The notes under the pieces were generated by a model that searched no databases, was not told where the DNA came from, and saw only the letters and a list, made by a program, of their open reading frames with translations. 64,000 nt of DNA from Calcarisporiella thermophila CBS 279.70 (lineage: Eukaryota; Fungi; Calcarisporiellomycota): assembly GCF_041956535.1 (NCBI RefSeq), contig NW_027192209.1, positions 74,092-138,091 of the forward strand, given 5' to 3'. The position numbers were made by a program, and so were the translations under genes. Shown one piece after another: positions 1 to 13,145 of this stretch (within the stretch, counting starts at the first letter, position 1; each line of letters opens with the position of its first letter).

Positions 1-340
1 CGTTTCGTCATGGAAAATAGATAACCTTGGCTTTAGTCCAAAGTGATGCGATTCTTGGATTTATAACTTGCAGAGCCGACAGAATTCTTTTTTTTATTTT
101 ATTACTTGTCGCACCTCAATGACACTCTATTCGTTAATTTCAGCTGTAATATATATATTCTTTCTTCTCTTCCGCTTCCTCCTCTTACCTCGTTAATTAG
201 CTTCTAAACACACACCAGCCTAAATCAATTTGAATTTTTGTGTATTTCATCAAAATAAAAAAACGAACTCTAATTTGAAATTTTAGTCCTACAGCGTTTT
301 TTATTCATTCATTTCGATTAATATAGAGCGACTGGATAGC

Positions 341-1968
341 ATGTCCACATCCACGGATTGGAACGCCATCCTCAATCAGCAATTCGGAACACCCGTCAAA
401 TCGGAAGATGAGCTCGCGTCGGCTCTCGATCAACTCTCCATCGCCGCCCCAGAACCGCCCAAGCAGGAGCAGCAGTCACGAGAACAAGAGGAAGAGGAGC
501 CAACGACCTATGTGGTTATGCAGCCAGGCTGCACGCGGCATCGGTTCATACGGAACATGAAGGAGCTCATATTTGTTGTGGAGCGTCCTGAGCGTGTGCG
601 AGCGGTCCAGTGCGGAGTTGCGGCCGCAGTGGTACGTGTCGAAGAACACCATCAAACTGCAATAGGCATCCGACACTCCACGCGTCTCTTGCCCCTCGCC
701 GATCCACTTTTAGCCAGAGTCCACTCATCGGCCCACCTGAAGAATGTCCAGGACTGGTCTGCCCAATCCATCGACGCGCTCTCAGAACGAGGATGTGAAC
801 TGCCGCCCGAGTGCCCGACGGGCGATCTCTACGTGTGCCCGGACACGCGACACGCGATTGAGGCCGCGCTTGGTTGCGTGGCTGACGCCGTCGACACCGT
901 GACACGCGGAGAAGGACGGCGTGCATTTGCAGTCCTGCGGCCGCCGGGGCATCACTGCGAACATGAGACCGCCATGGGCTTCTGTTTCGTCAACAACGTT
1001 ATGGCCGGTATCCACTATGCTCACGAACGGTACGGGGTCAATCGAGCGGTGATTTTTGACATAGATCTCCACCATGGAAATGGAACCCAGGTAAACCCCA
1101 AGGCTATATCGACATAGGCAGATTTCCTCCCTCTATAACACGCGGATTTCTCCTTTTTTTTTCCCCATCGCCCTAGGATATTGTTTGGAAATCTAACAAG
1201 ATACAGGCCAATCTACATGGAGACAAGGGCCTCAAGATATTTTACGGCTCGCTTCACGACATCCTGTCCTATCCCTGTGAGAGTGGTGATGACGAGTGCA
1301 TACAGGCCGCCAGCCTGTGCCTCATGTCGCACTCGCAATACATATGGAACGTCCATCTTGAGCCCTGGAAGTCCCTGGCCCATCATGACCAACTCTACAG
1401 TGAGCGATATGCCGTATTGTTTGAGAAGGCTCGCGAGTTCCTTGAGAAAACGCGCAATGGCACGGAGCGGGTGCTGGTATGGATCAGCTGTGGAATGGAC
1501 GCGTGTGAGCATGAGCATGAGTCCATGCAGCGCCACGGCCGGTCCGTTCCTACTGAGTTCTACCACCGCTTTGCACAAGATGCGGCCAAGCTGGCGCGCG
1601 AAGCCGGAGCTGGCCTGGTTTCCGTGTTAGAGGGTGGGTATAGAGATCGTGCCCTGGTGGCAGGCGCTCTAGCCCATGTGAGCGGTCTGGCCTTGTCGGG
1701 AAAGGATATGAAGAGGGAGGACGAGAGTGCGGTGAAGCAGTGGTGGGAATTGAAGGAGTTGGAGCAGATAGAAGCAACGCTGCTGAAAGGAGAGAAAATA
1801 AGCAGCGGGTTTTTGACGAGATGCGCTTGCATCCTTGGAGCGATCGAGGCGGAAAACACAAAGTATCTGGCGGCCAACTCGCTCCTTACCCCGACGCATT
1901 TGCCGGGACGGAATCGGCGCGTGAAGGATAAGGAGCCGGTGCGGCGCAGCCCAAGGGCCAGAGGATAG
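341..1968 (+). CDS. HOS3: Hos3-type histone deacetylase (2 exons: 341-1090, 1177-1968; ~513 aa)
   Basis: HDAC motifs VERPER, RPPGHH, GFCFVNN, DIDLHHGNGTQ|DIVW across GT-AG intron 1091-1176, plus SCGMDACEHE and VLEGGY. The GDLYVCP and SLHDILSYPCE segments resemble fungal Hos3. Confidence 0.85.
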
Positions 1969-3642
1969 AGCCAGCGCGGCAGTTCAAAGCTCAGGTGTCC
2001 TGTGGACCACCATGACGACTGCGTCCATTTAGTCTAATGAATTTTGATCACATTAGCAATTTTATCTAATACCTTTTGTTTTAGTTTTAAGTTTATCTCT
2101 GTACCTATTTCCTGGATTTGGTCATATGTGTAACATGATTAGCATTAGTCCATATTTGTCGATAGTGAATAAATTAAACGTCGCGTTGTCGGTTAGAGTG
2201 CCGTACGCCTACCTGCAGACTACACCAGATACCCGTGTTGATCGAGCTCGGCCCCTAAGAATTGCGATCCGGGAGGGAAAAAAACCGCGTCGGAATCAGC
2301 TAGAAAATGGCATCCCTGGATCAGGTTAGGGCTTTCTGACATGGCCCATCGGTAGAGAAATCCAAGACGCTTGGACATTCCTGTGGTGATTTGGTGAGGA
2401 AAAGTCTTCAGCACATGTAGTTAAGGTGAATGAGAAGAATATGCTTATCTAACTGCAGGAAATCAAGGCCATGGGATTAATGTAAATTCTTCTGAGCTAA
2501 GCCTGAGAGATGCCCCCGCCATCTTAAAAAAAATTATTTTTCCTCTAAGGACGCAAGAACCATCGCTGAAAAAGGGTTACGGATCTCTTCACGCCTGCTT
2601 GTGAAAAATAGGATAATTCAAGCATACCCATCACGCGATGATTTAGTGTTTATGAGCATCCTCCCATTCATGGGAAGCGATTCCAAGAATAAAAATCATC
2701 ATCAATTATATTAGGTTGCCCATCAGACTTGGCATTTGTTTAAAGAAAATGAGAAGAAACATGCCGGAATCTCAAAATGCAATTCTTTACTGTAAGAGTG
2801 TCCCGAGGGCGAGCAGCTCCCCTTGGTGTGGGGCGCAAAATTCCCCGGCTCTCCTTAAGCAGCTGCAAAGCCTAGCAGAATTGGAGTGCCCAGCTAGTAG
2901 GAGGCACTGCAGAGCAGCCGGAGCTCATGGCGGAGAACTCTAAGATACAGGATCGCTGAACTCAACGTTGCCCCCGGCAAGCATCCAAGACCATTTGATG
3001 AGATCAGTGCCGGTGCCCCGTGAAGTAAGGCATCCGCCTAGACCCCACCCTTCCAAACCGGGCAGATCGCCGGCTGGGCCAGGTCGAGAGGGGGTCCCTG
3101 GGCCGTGGGCTGCGCAGGCCGCACGGGTGCGGGCATTTGCGTGAGGAGGGGCATCGCGGCTTCAAACAGCGTTCAATTTAACTGAAAACCAACGCACAGC
3201 GCCGGATAACACTTATTTAATTAAGTGCACATGTGTGGGAAACCACGGTGAGAATTTTCTGCGCGCTCGTTCTCCCCGTTTCATTTGCGACTCAGGCCGT
3301 GGAGACCTCTGCTTGGGCCGTGCAAATCAAGTGCCCAAAACTTCGCCTGTGTGCGGCGGTGGTTCAAAAACTTTGATCAGGCTGTGGCAATTTCTTTTTT
3401 TTCCCCATTTTTGCATTTTCAATTTATCACAGAATTATTTATTAAACATAACAGGTGCATCGTATTTAAATCAACCGCAAAAATCTCTTTATTTTACTCC
3501 CTCCCTTCCCTCTCTTGGCGCTTTCTCACACTTTATTTCCGGACATTCTATTTGTATTTTTTTTATTTTACTCTCTCCCTCAAATTATGACTCGTGCTCT
3601 GATTCCCTTGTAAGTTCGTCGATCTCTATAGTTCGAGGCCTA

Positions 3643-5409
3643 ATGTCGGAGGAAGAATCACAGTCTGTTGGTAATGATCATCGAATCTCGGTTGTGAATG
3701 ATGCTGCTTCCCCGGTGGAGACCGAGCGATTTGGCTATTTCTCGCTGTTAGCCTACGATGACACCAGCATTCAAGAGCATATACATTGTCAATCGGACGC
3801 GGTTGCCGACATGGATGCCCAACCGCAGCAACCACCACCACCTTCTCAACCACCACACCACCCGCAGCAACAGCACCAGCAACTGCCACAACAGCAGCAA
3901 CCGCCCCCCAAATCACCACAGCAGCACCGGCACCAGCACCACCAGCAGCATTCGCCCAATGATGTGAAGCCTCAGGAAGATCCAGACGAGAGGGGGAAGC
4001 GGGAGGAGCGCTTTCGCGAACACCCTCGAGATCGGCGTCGGAGGAAAGCCGAACTGTTTAGGACAGAGATGTGCAGGACTTTCGAAGAGAAAGGCCACTG
4101 CCCGTAAGTAGCCCGGCTAATATCGAATGTATATGCTCTCTATTTTGCCCTGACCCTATTTTTTTTGGGAATTAGCTACGGTGATCGCTGCGAATATGCA
4201 CATACGGAAGCCGAGCTTCGTCCATTGTATCGTCCGTGGAATTTCAAGACGAAGCCCTGCCGTACGTTCCATGAGTCCGGCCACTGCCCATATGGCAAAC
4301 GATGCCATTATCGGCACAACAGTGGCACCGATGAAATCCCTCCCAACGTTATCATTCGTCCGCCTCCCCCCGGTAAAAGCAAGGAGCAAAAGCGCAAAAA
4401 ACGGGGAGAAAAATCCGGGGAAGCCGATGAGCAGGATGAGGAGGTCAACGAGCCCTCTACCTCCAGCTCGGCTAGGACGGTGGCTCCGTCGTCGCCGAGT
4501 CATTCTACTTCAGGGGTGGAGGTGGAGAAAAAATCTTTTGCAAGTGTGGTTAAAAATGCCACCGCGGTCTCAAACTCACCGATCCCAGACGAAGATAAGG
4601 GACAATTCGCGCAGAGCAGGGCGTGGCGAGAATGGTCGCCTACTGTGGTGGATAATGTTGCCCAACCAGCTCGGCGGCTCAGCGATTCGCGCGTACAGGA
4701 GCATTTCGCTCCCTATGCTCCTGCCACTGCGGCCCCCCCTGGGGAGATACAGTCCATTCCTAGCCCGGTTAGCCCCGGGAGGTTGTACGGGCTCGTCAAT
4801 TCGCCCCTATTTGGTATCGCATCGCACCAGCCCCCCTACACGTCTCCCGCAGATCATCGCCAATTTGCAGATATTTACTTCTCGGGTGCTATGAACCGCC
4901 GTATTCTTGACGAGCTACAACACCTCTATCCGCAAGAGGCAGCCACGTTTGAAGGCGCGCCCACAGCAATGCGAATGCCTTCTCCTCATCAACAACAAAT
5001 AATCAAGAGATTTTTCCGGGACCCGTACTTGCAGCGGAATGAGGAACGGATGGAGTCGGACAAAATACACTCGACGCAGGACATACTGCCCAGGGACTTG
5101 GTCGACCAAATTGTGAATCCAGAGTCGTACCCTTCGCCGCTCGATAGCCACGACGCTCAACACCCATTTTCGTTTGTTTACGAGGGCGGATTTGCGTCCA
5201 AAGATATTGCTCAAGACCTCGAGCTGTCGTTGGAGGAGAGCGCGGAGGAGGAAAAATTGCGGAACAAAGTGCGCTCCATGAGCTTGGACTCGGGTTCCAC
5301 CTCCGGGCGCCGGGACATCACCTCGCCGCTGGGAGTAGGGCTGGACTGGAGGCATTTTCTTCAAGATATCAACAAAGGAATTCGCATGAGGAAGGAGGGC
5401 GAAGCGTAG
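3643..5409 (+). CDS. Tandem CCCH zinc-finger ARE-binding protein (TTP/ZFP36/Cth family); exons 3643-4103, 4176-5409
   Basis: Two CX8CX5CX3H fingers with lead-ins [25 protein letters not shown] (split by intron 4104-4175) and FKTKP-CRTFHESGHCPYGKRCHYRH. N-terminus is Q/H/P-rich. The start could be ATG 3643 or 3811. Confidence 0.88.
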
Positions 5410-5825
5410 ATATATACACGTATATATATATGTCTATATATTCTCAAGATGAACTAGTGGAAAATTATCCTCTGCTTTTAAGTCAAATTCAAATAACCCT
5501 TTCCCATTTTTAATTTTAACTTTATTTTTCTATATTCCTTATCTATTATCTATATTGTTGATATATTATATTCGGGGAAATTTCGCGCGTTTTTTTTTTT
5601 TTCAGTAGACCAACTTGGCACCTTACTTTAACTGGATTTTTTTTTTTACCTCTCTCCTTCTTGCTTAAACGCTTTACATATATATTCTGTAAAGACTTGT
5701 AAAAAAATATAATATTATGTTATTTTAAAATTTTGCTGCGTCGTATTTTTTTTTATTTCAGACTTCCAATCTAGTCACAGTTCCCCTTCTATTTTCGATC
5801 CAGTGTTTAGATCGGAACGATCAGA

Positions 5826-6108
5826 ATGTTTTTTCGAAGATTTGGTGGCTATGTGATGGCGACCGCTATCGGTGTGGTGAGTGGCGTCTATCTCTGGATG
5901 CCATTGCTCGAGGAATATAAACGGTACGTTGAAGGGCTCTAGTTAGAGATTCACATCAAAGGCACTGACAAACCTATTGATGCTTGCATGCAACCATCAC
6001 AGGGACACTCAAGGCTCATTCATTCCTCCTGGGCGACAAATCAAACAGCCCGCACAACCCTCGGAGCCATCCCAAGACACGCCAAAGGAAGAGGAATCAA
6101 AATTGTAA
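5826..6108 (+). CDS. 67-aa single-TM microprotein, PIGBOS1-like; exons 5826-5923, 6003-6108
   Basis: ATG 5826, donor CG|GTACGT, acceptor CACAG|G, stop TAA 6106-6108. Spliced product: MFFRRFGGYVMATAIGVVSGVYLWMPLLEEYKRDTQGSFIPPGRQIKQPAQPSEPSQDTPKEEESKL. Confidence 0.75.
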
Positions 6109-6512
6109 ATTATCTATATTTCAAATGTACTTGATATACTCCAATTCTATTCTTTAGACCGATGATCTCTCCTTAAATATATATTCGAGATTCTGACACG
6201 CTTATTTTTTATTTTTTGCTCCTGTATATCATGGTTTTTTTTTTGGTACTGAAGCTTGGCCGTTCCTGGATGCTATCATGGCCCTAATGTATTCTCTCTT
6301 TAAACTGCGCCGCAAGGAGTTTTGTACGCGGGCTTCGCGAAAAATTAAGTTTGAAAGTAGTCAAAATTGATGAAGCATCATCTTTAGTTCATACGCATCT
6401 CCACCCACGCAATTAGCTTGCTTTGACATAAGAAAAAGGTGGTCCAAAGTGTAAAACTGGATAGAGGTTTTGAACAGGTTGAAACCTTTCTCTCTGCGCA
6501 TCCCCGATTCCT

Positions 6513-9500
6513 ATGGGAAGCCTCGCAACTTTCCTGCAGACCGAGCTGCTGACATTATCAAATGAGTCGCGGCGTAAGAACCCAGAGATCAAGGAGGTAG
6601 GATTTGTTGCATTGCTGATTCTGTAGGCAACCCCTGTAAGAGATGTGGGGGCGGATGAAATTGGACGCTTTGCTGATGAATGCTGACTTCCTCCTATTAG
6701 ACGGCAGAGAGGTTGAGCGCGATCTTACGGACACACCGCGACCATCCTGGGAGCGATATTGCCAAGGGTAATCCCAGCCTAATCCAGGCCTCAAGCCAAG
6801 AATGACTTACAAATTTGTATACTATGGAAATGATTTAGAGCTCGCGCGTGCCGATGAAATTGTGCTTCGGCCTTTTCTTCTTGCTTGCGAGACGAAGCAC
6901 GTTAAACTTGTCACCATCGCCATTGGCTGCGTTCAAAGACTCATATCCTATCATGCCATTCCAGAGGTATATACATTGGTCGAGTCCGGCGATCTGAGTT
7001 CTTTGGCTCAATGATGTGATGCTTTTGTGTACAATAGACTTCAGTTAAGACGATCTTAAAAATGCTTAACGATGTCATCAATAATGGGGTGGAGATCCAG
7101 CTTAAAATACTGCAAACTATACTTCCTCTCTTAACCAACTATCATGATATCCACCGGGAGCTCTTGGCTGAGGTTTTTGCGCTTACCATTCTATTTTGTT
7201 CTAAGGAGTTATGGATTTTAACTGGAGGGGCTCTATGGCTTTTATACTAGGCGCTCTTGATATGCTTTCGCCTGCAAGACTCAAAAATTGTAGTCGTTAA
7301 TAACACTGCGGCGGCAACGCTACGACAGCTTGTCATTTTCTTATTCGATAAGGTGACCAAGGAGGATGCCGATGCAGCAGAAGCGTCTGGATCCGATTGT
7401 AAATATTTCCATTGGCTTGTATATTGGAGTTCATAGGTTAATATATATCACGTAGCAGCAAATGTAGCGCTTATACCCATTGAAGTACAGGGCGAGGGAA
7501 CAATAGAACTCCGGCCGGCGGCTGCCGACGCATACTGTTTATTCCAGGACCTATGTTTCCTTACTAACGGAGAACATGCCACCTTCCTCCGGTTAAATAG
7601 CTTAAGCCGTACTTTCGGTTTGGAGCTGATTGAGAGCGTGTTGACGAATCATCACAAACTTTTCTCAAAGGTAAGGTGGCGTGCCTTGAATTTCTTTTTT
7701 TTTTTATTAACATAAATACATTGACCATTACATCGTGTTTTTTCTTTTTACCAGCACAATGAGTTCTGTGCACTGCTTAAAGTCCGATTGTGTCCCCTCA
7801 TTATTAAGAGCTTCTCCGACAAACTGGACTTCCCGCGTACCATGCGTTTGATGCGCGTGGTCTACATTCTTATCAAGCAATTCAACGAGATTTTAATAAT
7901 GGAATGCGAGATTTTTCTCTCCATGTTCGTCAAAATTCTCGAGGCAGAGAATCCTCTGTGGCTACGCGTACTCTCGATGGAGCTTTTCCATGGTGTGTGC
8001 GCAGACTTTCATCTTCTGCGTACCATTTTCCGCAACTATGACCGACAAAACCAGTCGCCTTCCATATTCCAAGACATGATGAATGCATTCGGGAAGATCT
8101 CGAACGAAAAGCCACAAGCAGTGGGCGCCGGAACCGGCCTAGGTAGCCACTATGGAAATGAGAGACGCAGCATTGATGTGAGTGGATTCATGAGCGCCGC
8201 TGCAGCTGCGACGGGCGTTGGGACTCCGTCAGAAAACTCACCGGGGCTAGGGGCGTCGTCCATCATGAAAATCCAATGGTATACCCATATAGATAGATTG
8301 ATAGTGTTATTTTAACACTTTTTTCGACACGTCGACTTACGGATTTTCCCTTTATAACAGCATTGACCAACTCGATAAAATTGATCCCCCCGCCATACCC
8401 GAGACTTATCTTTATTACCTAACCCTCTTGACGCTGAATAGCATCGCTGACGGGCTTGCGTCCTTCGTTCTCCCGATATTTGGGAGTCTGGCAAAACAAC
8501 AAGCACGGCAAAAGCATGTTCAGTCGGCCAACACGCCCAACTCTTCCCCCACCCCTCGTCCTGCAGATACCCCGCCCTCATCGAGCTCCTCCACCTTCAT
8601 TCACTCGATTGGGCCAGCTTCTCTCGAGTCCCACCCTCTTTACAAAGAGGTTCTGCTTGTCACTGATATGGCCAACGTTGCCTGGCCAGGGCTTCTCGCC
8701 GCGATGACTTTCTTCCTCTCGTCGAACCTGGACGAAGAGCTCTTTCAAAACAGCATGCGTGCATACCAGAACTTTACGAACGTATGTGGCATGCTTAAGC
8801 TGCTCACGCCTCGCGATGCTTTCCTCACCAACCTGTGTAAGGTGGCGGTCCCCCCGGCTGCCCCACAGTCGATGGAACGCTCAATGAGCCTCACAAGCAT
8901 TGCCTCGGCAGCGAGTGGGCTGACGGTGGGCGGTGGAGGGGACGGCTCTCAACCAATGACGGTACTCTCAGAAAAGAACCTGTTTTGTCTACGGGTGCTG
9001 CTGAATATTGCTCAGTATCTTGGCGGGGTACTCGGTGATTCCTGGTACTTGGTATTGGAGACATTGCAGCGGGCCGATCATATCCTGTTTGGAAGACGTG
9101 GGGCTATGGTACGCCGCTCTCAGTCCGGGCTCCCGGCTGCTGCCACCGCGGGAAGTACCACCACCTCATCGGCGGGCCAAGCGGCCTCAAAACGCCCCAG
9201 CGCTGCCGAGGCAATTTCCGCCTCTTCGTCGTCTCAGAGTCTGATCGAATCTGACATTTCCATGATTATGACCACCACCGCAAAACTATTTGAGAACACA
9301 AAATACCTGGATGATAATGCATTTATGAGCTTTATTAAGGCGCTGTGCATGTTGAGCGCGGCCACCAGCGGTATCCCACTGCTACTTGCTGGGTTCACGG
9401 AGGAGGATCTCGACACCTCCACCAGCGGGAAAACCAGCTTTCCTCGGCCGACAGTGAGCGTGAGTGGATTTTCATCGCAACTTTTTTTCTACAGGTTCAT

Positions 9501-12500
9501 CGAACTCCATCCTTAACCCTTCTGTCTTTACAGAAAACCGATTCCACCTCTTTTGCTATTGAAAAGCTACGCTTTGTTTCAGTGCTTAATATGCCCCGCA
9601 TTTTAACCTGGGAGGCGCCTCGCTCGCCATGGGATTTTATCCTTGGCCATCTCATCTCCACTGCAAACTATATCAACACCCCTTCGGCGATACGCTTGCA
9701 GACCTGCCAGGCGATTGCAAGTATTATTTCAGGCTCGATGAGTCACGCAAGCTCGGCGGGCATCAAAAACGACCCGAGTATTCAGATGCGACAGTTGCAT
9801 GCCCTGAGCCAGTGCATTGTGACCGATTTGAACGCGCCCTCCGGAGAGGAGCTGAAGGGCTTCGTAGAAGTGCAACAAATGGGACTGGAGACCCTATATA
9901 CCCTGCTGCAAACGTCCGGACATTCTCTCACCTCTGGTTGGGGGATGATATTCGACATGATTAAAAGCGTATGTCAGGCCGATAAGACCTCGCCGGCCGA
10001 TGGCACGCCTGCAAGTGCGGCTCCTGCTGGCGCTGCCGCCGGCAGCCCCCCAGCTGCTGTAGAGGAATCCTTGGCCGACGATAGATCTGGTGACGTCGCG
10101 GGGTTAACAAGAAGAACCTCGGTGGAGGTCCAGGTGACGTCGGAGGCGGAGGAGCCAAAGAGGTCACTACGTGAGCAAGGAAGATCCGCAGAGCTAGTGC
10201 GTGTTGCTTTCCCGTGTTTGCAGTTAATCTGCACCGATTTCCTCTCGCAGCTGTCGCCGGATTGTCTACACCAATGCATCAACGCACTGGGTGCGTTTGG
10301 CTTGCAGACCGAGGACCTGAACGTGAGCCTCACCGCCATTGGATTGCTGTGGAATGTATCGGACTTTATCCAGACGAAACGGCAGGAGCCCGACAATCTA
10401 TCGCCTCGACCCGAGGAGACTGAGCCGGCTTATTCGGGCGAGGAGGGCAAAGAAAAGTTGGACTTTGAGAGGATATTAAGCGAAGACCTGACGGCCCGCA
10501 ATCTCTGGATGCTGCTTCTCCTTCAACTCTCGAAACTCTGCTCGGACCCTCGACCCGAGGTCCGAAATGGTGCAAACCAGACCCTCTTCCGTACCATCAG
10601 CATGAATGGGTCCACACTGAGCCGCCAAACGTGGCACATATGTGTGTGGCGGGTGCTGTTCCCTCTGCTCGACTCGGTGAAGCTCTCGGCAGAGCGTGCG
10701 GTTCGGGAAATGCACGAGGATCTAGCGACGGGACGGCAGAAGGCACAGCCGTCGAAGGAAATGCCACTGCTGATGCACCATTCCCGAGCCACCGTCGACA
10801 AGCAGTGGGATGAGACGAAGGTGCTCGTGCTCTGCAGCATTGCGGGCATATTCAACGATTTCTTCCCGGTGCTTGTCGAATTGAAGGATTTCGATAGCGC
10901 CTGGGATCTGTGGCTCTCCCACCTTGAGGACGATTGCCTACGATCAAGCCAGGAGGTCTCTCTGGCCGCGATAAGAAGTCTACGGTCAACCATCACATTG
11001 CCCGCGGACTATGAGAAGAGCTGGCCGCCCTCGCTATTGGAGAGGGCCGTTCCCCTCTGGCAACGGGTGTGGGCGGTGTGGGAACACATTGGGCAAGGGA
11101 TCTCCCACCACTTGACGGGCTCCGAGGATCTCGATCAAGCCCCCACAACCGAGTCGACCGCGCTACAGCACTCACGTGGAAAACCGTACTCGGTCGAATT
11201 CACCCAAGAGACGCTGACTGCCTTTGTGGAAACGGTGGGCGACCTCTATGCGATCGTCGGGTCGTCTCTCGACGTCAATCAGCTGCGTCGACAACTCTCG
11301 GTGATCAAGCGTGTTCTCGCGTACCCGGCCTCCCCCTCGTATCGCCCCGACACCGACCATCTCTCCCCGCTACAAGCCGCTGCTCTGGGGGTGATCGAAC
11401 GGCTGAATATGGATACTCCAGGCGCGCCCCCCATTATTCTCGCTGATCTGGTGGATTATATGTTACTTGCTTTCAACAAATGGATCACCGAGCAGCACAA
11501 GGACCGCAAGATGATAGACTGTGTCCTCACGATGGATGCCCTGCCTCTTCCGCCGACCAAAGCCTTTGCATCGGTGACCTACATTGCTCTTGCCAAGCGA
11601 GCGATTCGCCTTCTTGCCCAGCTGTTTGAGCGGTTTTCACACCATCCCGAGCTGTACGATTCGGGGGTTTTCGAAAAGATTATCGGGGGCTATGGGGTTC
11701 CAATGTGGCTAAAGTACGAGTGCCCCCCCTCCTACCAGCACAACGAAGATATTCCGCTGTGGAAGACCGCCACCACTGCCTTCATGAATGTGGTGAAGGT
11801 TGGACTGCCGCTGCTCCAGCAATTTGGTGAGGGGATTAAGGAGGAGCGCTTCACAGGGGTTTGGTATCAATTTGTGACCGTGATGGAGGGGACACTGTTG
11901 ACCAGCAGCAAGCCCCCGACCAACATGTCCATTGAGGACGCGGACACAGACGAGTTCTTCGACATCTCCTTCCTGGCCTCGCTACAGGCCGACCTCCTGT
12001 GCTACATGGGCGAGGAACGGGTACCCGAGCCGGTGGTCCGGCGTCTTGTGCACGTGATAGAGCGGGCTTCGCGGCTCTATTTCCTCGATGACCACCAGGG
12101 CGATCCGGTGGCGGTGGACTGCAATGCACGGGAAATGTTTGAGGTGGAGGATCCCCGCAAGGAGCAGATGTTGTCGGGAGACAACGCCGACACAGCCATC
12201 GAGGGCAGCACGAGCGGGGTGGTGCCAGTGTTACGGGAGAAGTTCTCCTATGCCTGCTTCGGCTGTCTGTTTGAGCTGTGCGCCGAGCGCCCAGGAGAGC
12301 TGCGAGCCGGGGAACCTCATGAACAAGCAACGGACAAAAGCGCAGAGGGCAGCGTAGAGGCACGGCGACGCATTGCGCGCATTACTGCGCCAGCGCTCCT
12401 GGAACGATGTGCATTTATCATCAAAGCATTTAGCGCCGATAAGGGGCTGCTTGGGCGGGCCCCGTTCCCGAGGGTGCGACATGACGAAGCGATTTTTGTG

Positions 12501-12746
12501 CTCAAGCAGCTCTTATCGCTTCGAGTGCAGCCCGGCGCCCTGGATGATCTGGACACCACTCGCTGGCAGATCAAGCCCGAGGCTCTGCGGGGCTCCCGCG
12601 CCCATCTTTTCGTGCTGTATCCCATCCTCTGCGAGGTGCTGGGCTGTGCCGACCAGACTATCATTGGTCTGTCTCGCGAGTGTCTGATGGCGATGGGGGA
12701 GGAGCTTGGCTTCTCGGGGTTGGTGTCACTCTCGAAGAGGATATAA
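6513..12746 (+). CDS. MON2: MON2 (Ysl2), Sec7-family-related Golgi/endosome trafficking scaffold; multi-exon
   Basis: N-terminus LQTELLTLSNESRRKNPEIKE, then LRPFLLACETK, QLKILQT, C-IDQLDK, FGLQTEDLNVSLTAIGLLWNVSD, DPRPEVRNGA, KQWDET and GRAPFPRVR. Confidence 0.93.
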
Positions 12747-13145
12747 ATTTTTTTTTTCTTGTTATTTTTGTTGTCTCTTCTTTATCTTTTGGTCTTTAGA
12801 GGTTTTTGAAGGAAAATAAATTCATTAGTTTATTTTTTTTTATTTAGCATGTGCGTGTATCGGAGATTCCTTCGGGAGGCATCCTTCTTGGCTTTTCCCT
12901 CTTATCTTTTTTTTTTTCTTCTTTGGATTATTAAAACTAAAACACGTCTTATTGAAATGGGAAATTCATCCCACAAATACACCCAAGAAAGGGACGAAGA
13001 GAAGAAAAAAAATAAAAATTTTTTATATATATACTAATTGCAAACAATTAATCACGATTGAAGACAAAAAAAACTGCATAAATCCCAATTAACCCGGTGC
13101 GTTACCACGCACATACAAGACTCAAGCTTTCCGCCCACTCCTCAT

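Noticed and set aside
1-11. Minus-strand ATG ACG AAA CG (MTKR...) running off the window edge, like the start of ribosomal protein L43
   Set aside because: Only 11 nt are visible, which cannot support a gene call.
3029-3044. CGCCTAGACC and GGCATCCG shared with the GC-rich block at 17338-17492
   Set aside because: An 8-10-mer match between two GC-rich ~400-bp regions is plausible by chance.
3235-3642. Long in-frame N-terminal extension of the CCCH ORF in the ORF track
   Set aside because: It starts at GTG and translates T-rich promoter/5'-UTR sequence (F/L/I/S-rich). No ATG occurs in frame until 3643.
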